Shown here: positions 60,893 through 64,000 of the stretch, in pieces
Layout: the number at the start of each line of letters is the position of its first letter
How positions within the stretch are numbered: the first letter of the stretch is position 1
Source: Callorhinchus milii
Lineage: Eukaryota
Assembly (NCBI RefSeq): GCF_018977255.1
Contig: NW_024704742.1
Coordinates: 124,746,001-124,810,000, forward strand
Direction of reading: 5' to 3'
Length of the DNA stretch: 64,000 bases
Notes under the pieces: generated by a model
What the model saw: only the letters and a program-made list of their open reading frames with translations
The model's database searches: none
Told to the model about the DNA's origin: nothing
Program-made: the position numbers and the translations under genes

Positions 60893-61969
60893 CTAGGCTC
60901 AAATTTCTTTCACCCATCGATCCTTCTCAGAATCAGTGATCCATACCCACCCATGTTTAGTCATTACCCAGCAGTGCTGCATTAACCAGAGTCACAGAGT
61001 CCCAGGCCTTCTCTGCTGCCTCAGTAAAAGTACACATTTCAACACATGCTGTTGAGTGGCTCTCATCAAAGGATGTGTTTTTGTTTTTTTCTTTCTCCTC
61101 TTTGCTCACATTTGACCTCATTATAAGCCGTTCCCAAGGCTCCAGACATACTTTAATTTTAATCTTGATTCCTCACCTTTCAGCATTGTGAAAATTCAAT
61201 TTCTGTCAGTGAATATTTATTGGTGTTGGATGGCATAACCGATAAATACTGATGTTAACCAATTTTATTGAAACCTGGCAAGCCTAGAAATTGCCCAGAT
61301 AAAATCAATCATTCACTGCATGGCTGTTGGTGGGACATACTGTGGGCAAATTTGCTGCTGGGTTCACCTACAAATACAGTCTTTGCAATACTTTGCAGGA
61401 AGTCCTGTGAAGTGTTTGACTACCGGACAAGGCGCTAAATCAAATGCAAAGATTTTTATAATTAAAATGAACAAGTGAAAGATGCTTGATTTAGATACCG
61501 GTTTATCGACATTCAAACTGCACAACAATCTAATATTTTATGACAGCACTTTGGAGGTACTTAACTCTGTGCTAAAAGTGTCTCGTGTAAACTTCTGTAC
61601 TCTAAAACTTTATACAATTCCGCTTTATAGGAAAAAGTCTCAGAAGCACTGACAGTACTTGGTATGTACCTCCAAGTGCCACTATGGATTCTGTATAAAT
61701 CAAATGAAGTAATTCATTATAGATACGTGTCAGAGTGTTAAGGCTAAACAGCTCTGAGTGAATTGCAAATGGAGACAGACCCAGCCATATGCCAGTAGTT
61801 AACTTAAAGAAAGGTTAACTTTTCCTCAAGCATTTAAACTGACTGATAGTTGCCATGGAAACACAAGGCTCTGTTGTTGATTATCCATGTATTGTTGTTC
61901 TTAATACTTTATCAAAAGGGATGAAGGAATAGCATTGCTGATTAGTAAGTAGCACTAGATACTGTTTAC

Positions 61970-62715
61970 AATAATAATTCTTGCATTTGATATAGCGCCT
62001 TATCAGGTCGTCGAGACATCTCAAAGCTCCTCACAGTATATACTGTAAAGTGGATAGACTGTGTATTTTGTGGATGAAACAGTTGTGCACAACAATCTCC
62101 CACAAACAGCCAAGGAGTGAATGACCAATTTTATTTGGGGATTGTTGGCCAGGACACTGGGAGAATAATAATAATAATAATCCTTGCATTTGATATAGCG
62201 CTTTTCACGTCGGGAGGACGTCCCAAAGTGCTTCACAGAACACACTGTAAAGTGAATTGACTATATTTGTGGGCGAATGCGGCAGCCAATTGCGCAAAGC
62301 AATGTCCCACAAAGTCGTAGATTGAAAATGACCAATTTATTATTGGTTTTGGTTTTGGAGGGATTATTATTAGGCATGTGGAGTAAGCAAACTTGCCCAA
62401 GGTTTCGCCCTGCCTGGAATTGAACTCAGGTCTCTCACTTGCAAAACGAGTGCTCTAACCACTGAGCTACAGGACTCCCCAAAACTCCCTTTTGTTTTCG
62501 AATCGTGCCATGGGATCTTTAAAGTCCACGTGAACGGACAAACGTGGCTTTAGTTTAATGTCTTATCTGAAAAACGCACCTCTGACAATGGAGCACATCC
62601 CCTGGAGCACAATGGAGTCTCAACTGGAATATATGAGGTCCAGGTCCCAACATGGGACTTAAATTCAGGACCTTGTGACTTAGAGATGAGAGTAAAACTG
62701 AAATTGGCCGACACA
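61970..62715 (-). mobile_element. DeuSINE-type SINE interrupted by young SINE
   Basis: Deu body continues across the insertion. Confidence 0.78.
62164..62478 (-). mobile_element. Young tRNA-headed SINE nested in an older DeuSINE
   Basis: Host DeuSINE is split at ggacactgggaga|...|aaactccc. Confidence 0.92.
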
Positions 62716-64000
62716 TCATACAAAGAATGATACAGAAGGAAACAGACTATTCGGCCCATTTAGTCCATACTTCACTGCAACAACTACAACAAAATTACAT
62801 TTGTATAGCGACTTTCACATCGGGAGGAAGTCCCAAGGCGCTGGACAGAATATACTGTAAAGTGAATTAACTATATTTTGTGGGCAAAGTGTGCACAGCA
62901 GTGTCCCACAAACAGTTGTGGATTGAAATGACCAGTATATTATTATTATTTTTTTGAAGGAATTATACATGAGTTCTCACCCCTCTCATTCTCCTCTCCT
63001 GTAACCCTTATTCCCCTCTCCCTCATGTATGTGGATAGATATAGGATGAAGCTGAGCTCCCTCTAGCCCTTACCTGCCACTTATGAGTATGATGAACACA
63101 TGCATTTCATTACAATTCCAACACAGTACACAATGGAACAGAGTGCAGGTTCCTGAGTATGTCTGCTCAAATGGAGAGATCACAGGTCAACGGCAAATAC
63201 AAAGAGCAAACGGGTAATTTTTTCCTTAGAAGGGGGAAAAGGAAAATGTTTCCTGGGGCCATTCAATCTCCCTTTCCCCTCCCCTCCCTCCAAAGAAATT
63301 TCAGCCTCTCAGTTGGAGAATCTGTGTCGGGGGAGGCAGCAGAAGATATTAACACAAGACTTTTGAACATTCAATATATTTGAGTTCAGCAAAATAAATT
63401 TAAAACAAGACATGCTGTCAGAATGATCCTAAGTTTCCTTGTAATTAAATATTTCAGATACACCCTCAACTCCCAGTAATTTTCCAATACAGAGTCTTGA
63501 ATTTCCAAATACTCTTTGAGCTCAGTGAAGCTTCACATCACTGCCAACATGTTTAAACTCATTTCTATAAACAGTAAGCATCCAGTCCCACCCTTTCTGG
63601 TTAGTTTCAACTGCTAAGAAATTGTAAACATTGAAACACAAGGGTCTGAAAGAAATTGACAGGTGATTTTGTTGTGTTGCAATACAATATACATTTATAT
63701 AGCTCTTTTCAAGTTGGGTGGAAGTCACAAAGTGCTTCACAGTGGTCAGGCACCTGAGTTGCAGGTGGTAGCTGAGGGATTGAGAGGGGAAAGACACCAA
63801 AGGCGGTCAAAGAGATATATATGGAGTGCGAAATTGAGAATGGATGAATTGAGATTCCAAGTTGGCAGTGTTTGACACAAGGCTGGTTGTTTTTGCTGGG
63901 TGTTTTGCTGGCACAACTTTTCACAGTCTTGGAATTGTGATTCTTCAGCCAATCCAATATTCTCAAACCAGACTTCACTAATCTAAAGCCACAAGCAGCA

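Noticed and set aside
58696..64000. Possible ITGA1 exon 1 or a nested PELO gene (nested in ITGA1 intron 1 in mammals)
   Set aside because: No signal-peptide exon, CpG island or pelota-like ORF is visible; only repeats and AT-rich intron sequence. They presumably lie beyond the window.
1..64000. CRISPR array, operon or prokaryotic defence system
   Set aside because: The sequence is a spliced vertebrate gene; its repeats are dispersed retroelement tails, not regularly spaced repeat-spacer units.

Overview
This is eukaryotic genomic DNA, most likely from a cartilaginous fish (shark/chimaera-type CR1, L2, DeuSINE and Penelope repeats). The whole window lies inside one minus-strand gene, integrin alpha-1 (ITGA1). 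I traced 17 coding exons by hand (58695 down to 921; 2270 nt, frame continuous). They cover the end of the signal peptide, the beta-propeller, the collagen-binding I-domain (MIDAS DGSNS, alphaC helix GSYNRGN) and the start of the thigh domain. Exon 1 and the 3' exons are outside the window. The introns are dense with retroelements: one ~3.2 kb decayed CR1 LINE, many L2 3' fragments, a young tRNA-headed SINE, older DeuSINEs, AmnSINE2-like remnants, Penelope terminal repeats and small MITE-like elements. Almost all short ORFs in the supplied track are repeat-derived noise. I found no convincing new multi-gene system. The best leads are (1) an extra intron splitting an expanded alpha1-specific Cys loop, (2) a GC-donor exon bracketed by inverted L2 copies, (3) minimal hammerhead-ribozyme motifs, intact antisense and core-mutated in the sense orientation, (4) a modular Meta/Deu-like SINE with an L2-matched 3' stem-loop, and (5) an unclassified ~380 bp repeat plus several templated repair scars. 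Comparisons with human ITGA1 and repeat consensus sequences come from memory and need database confirmation.
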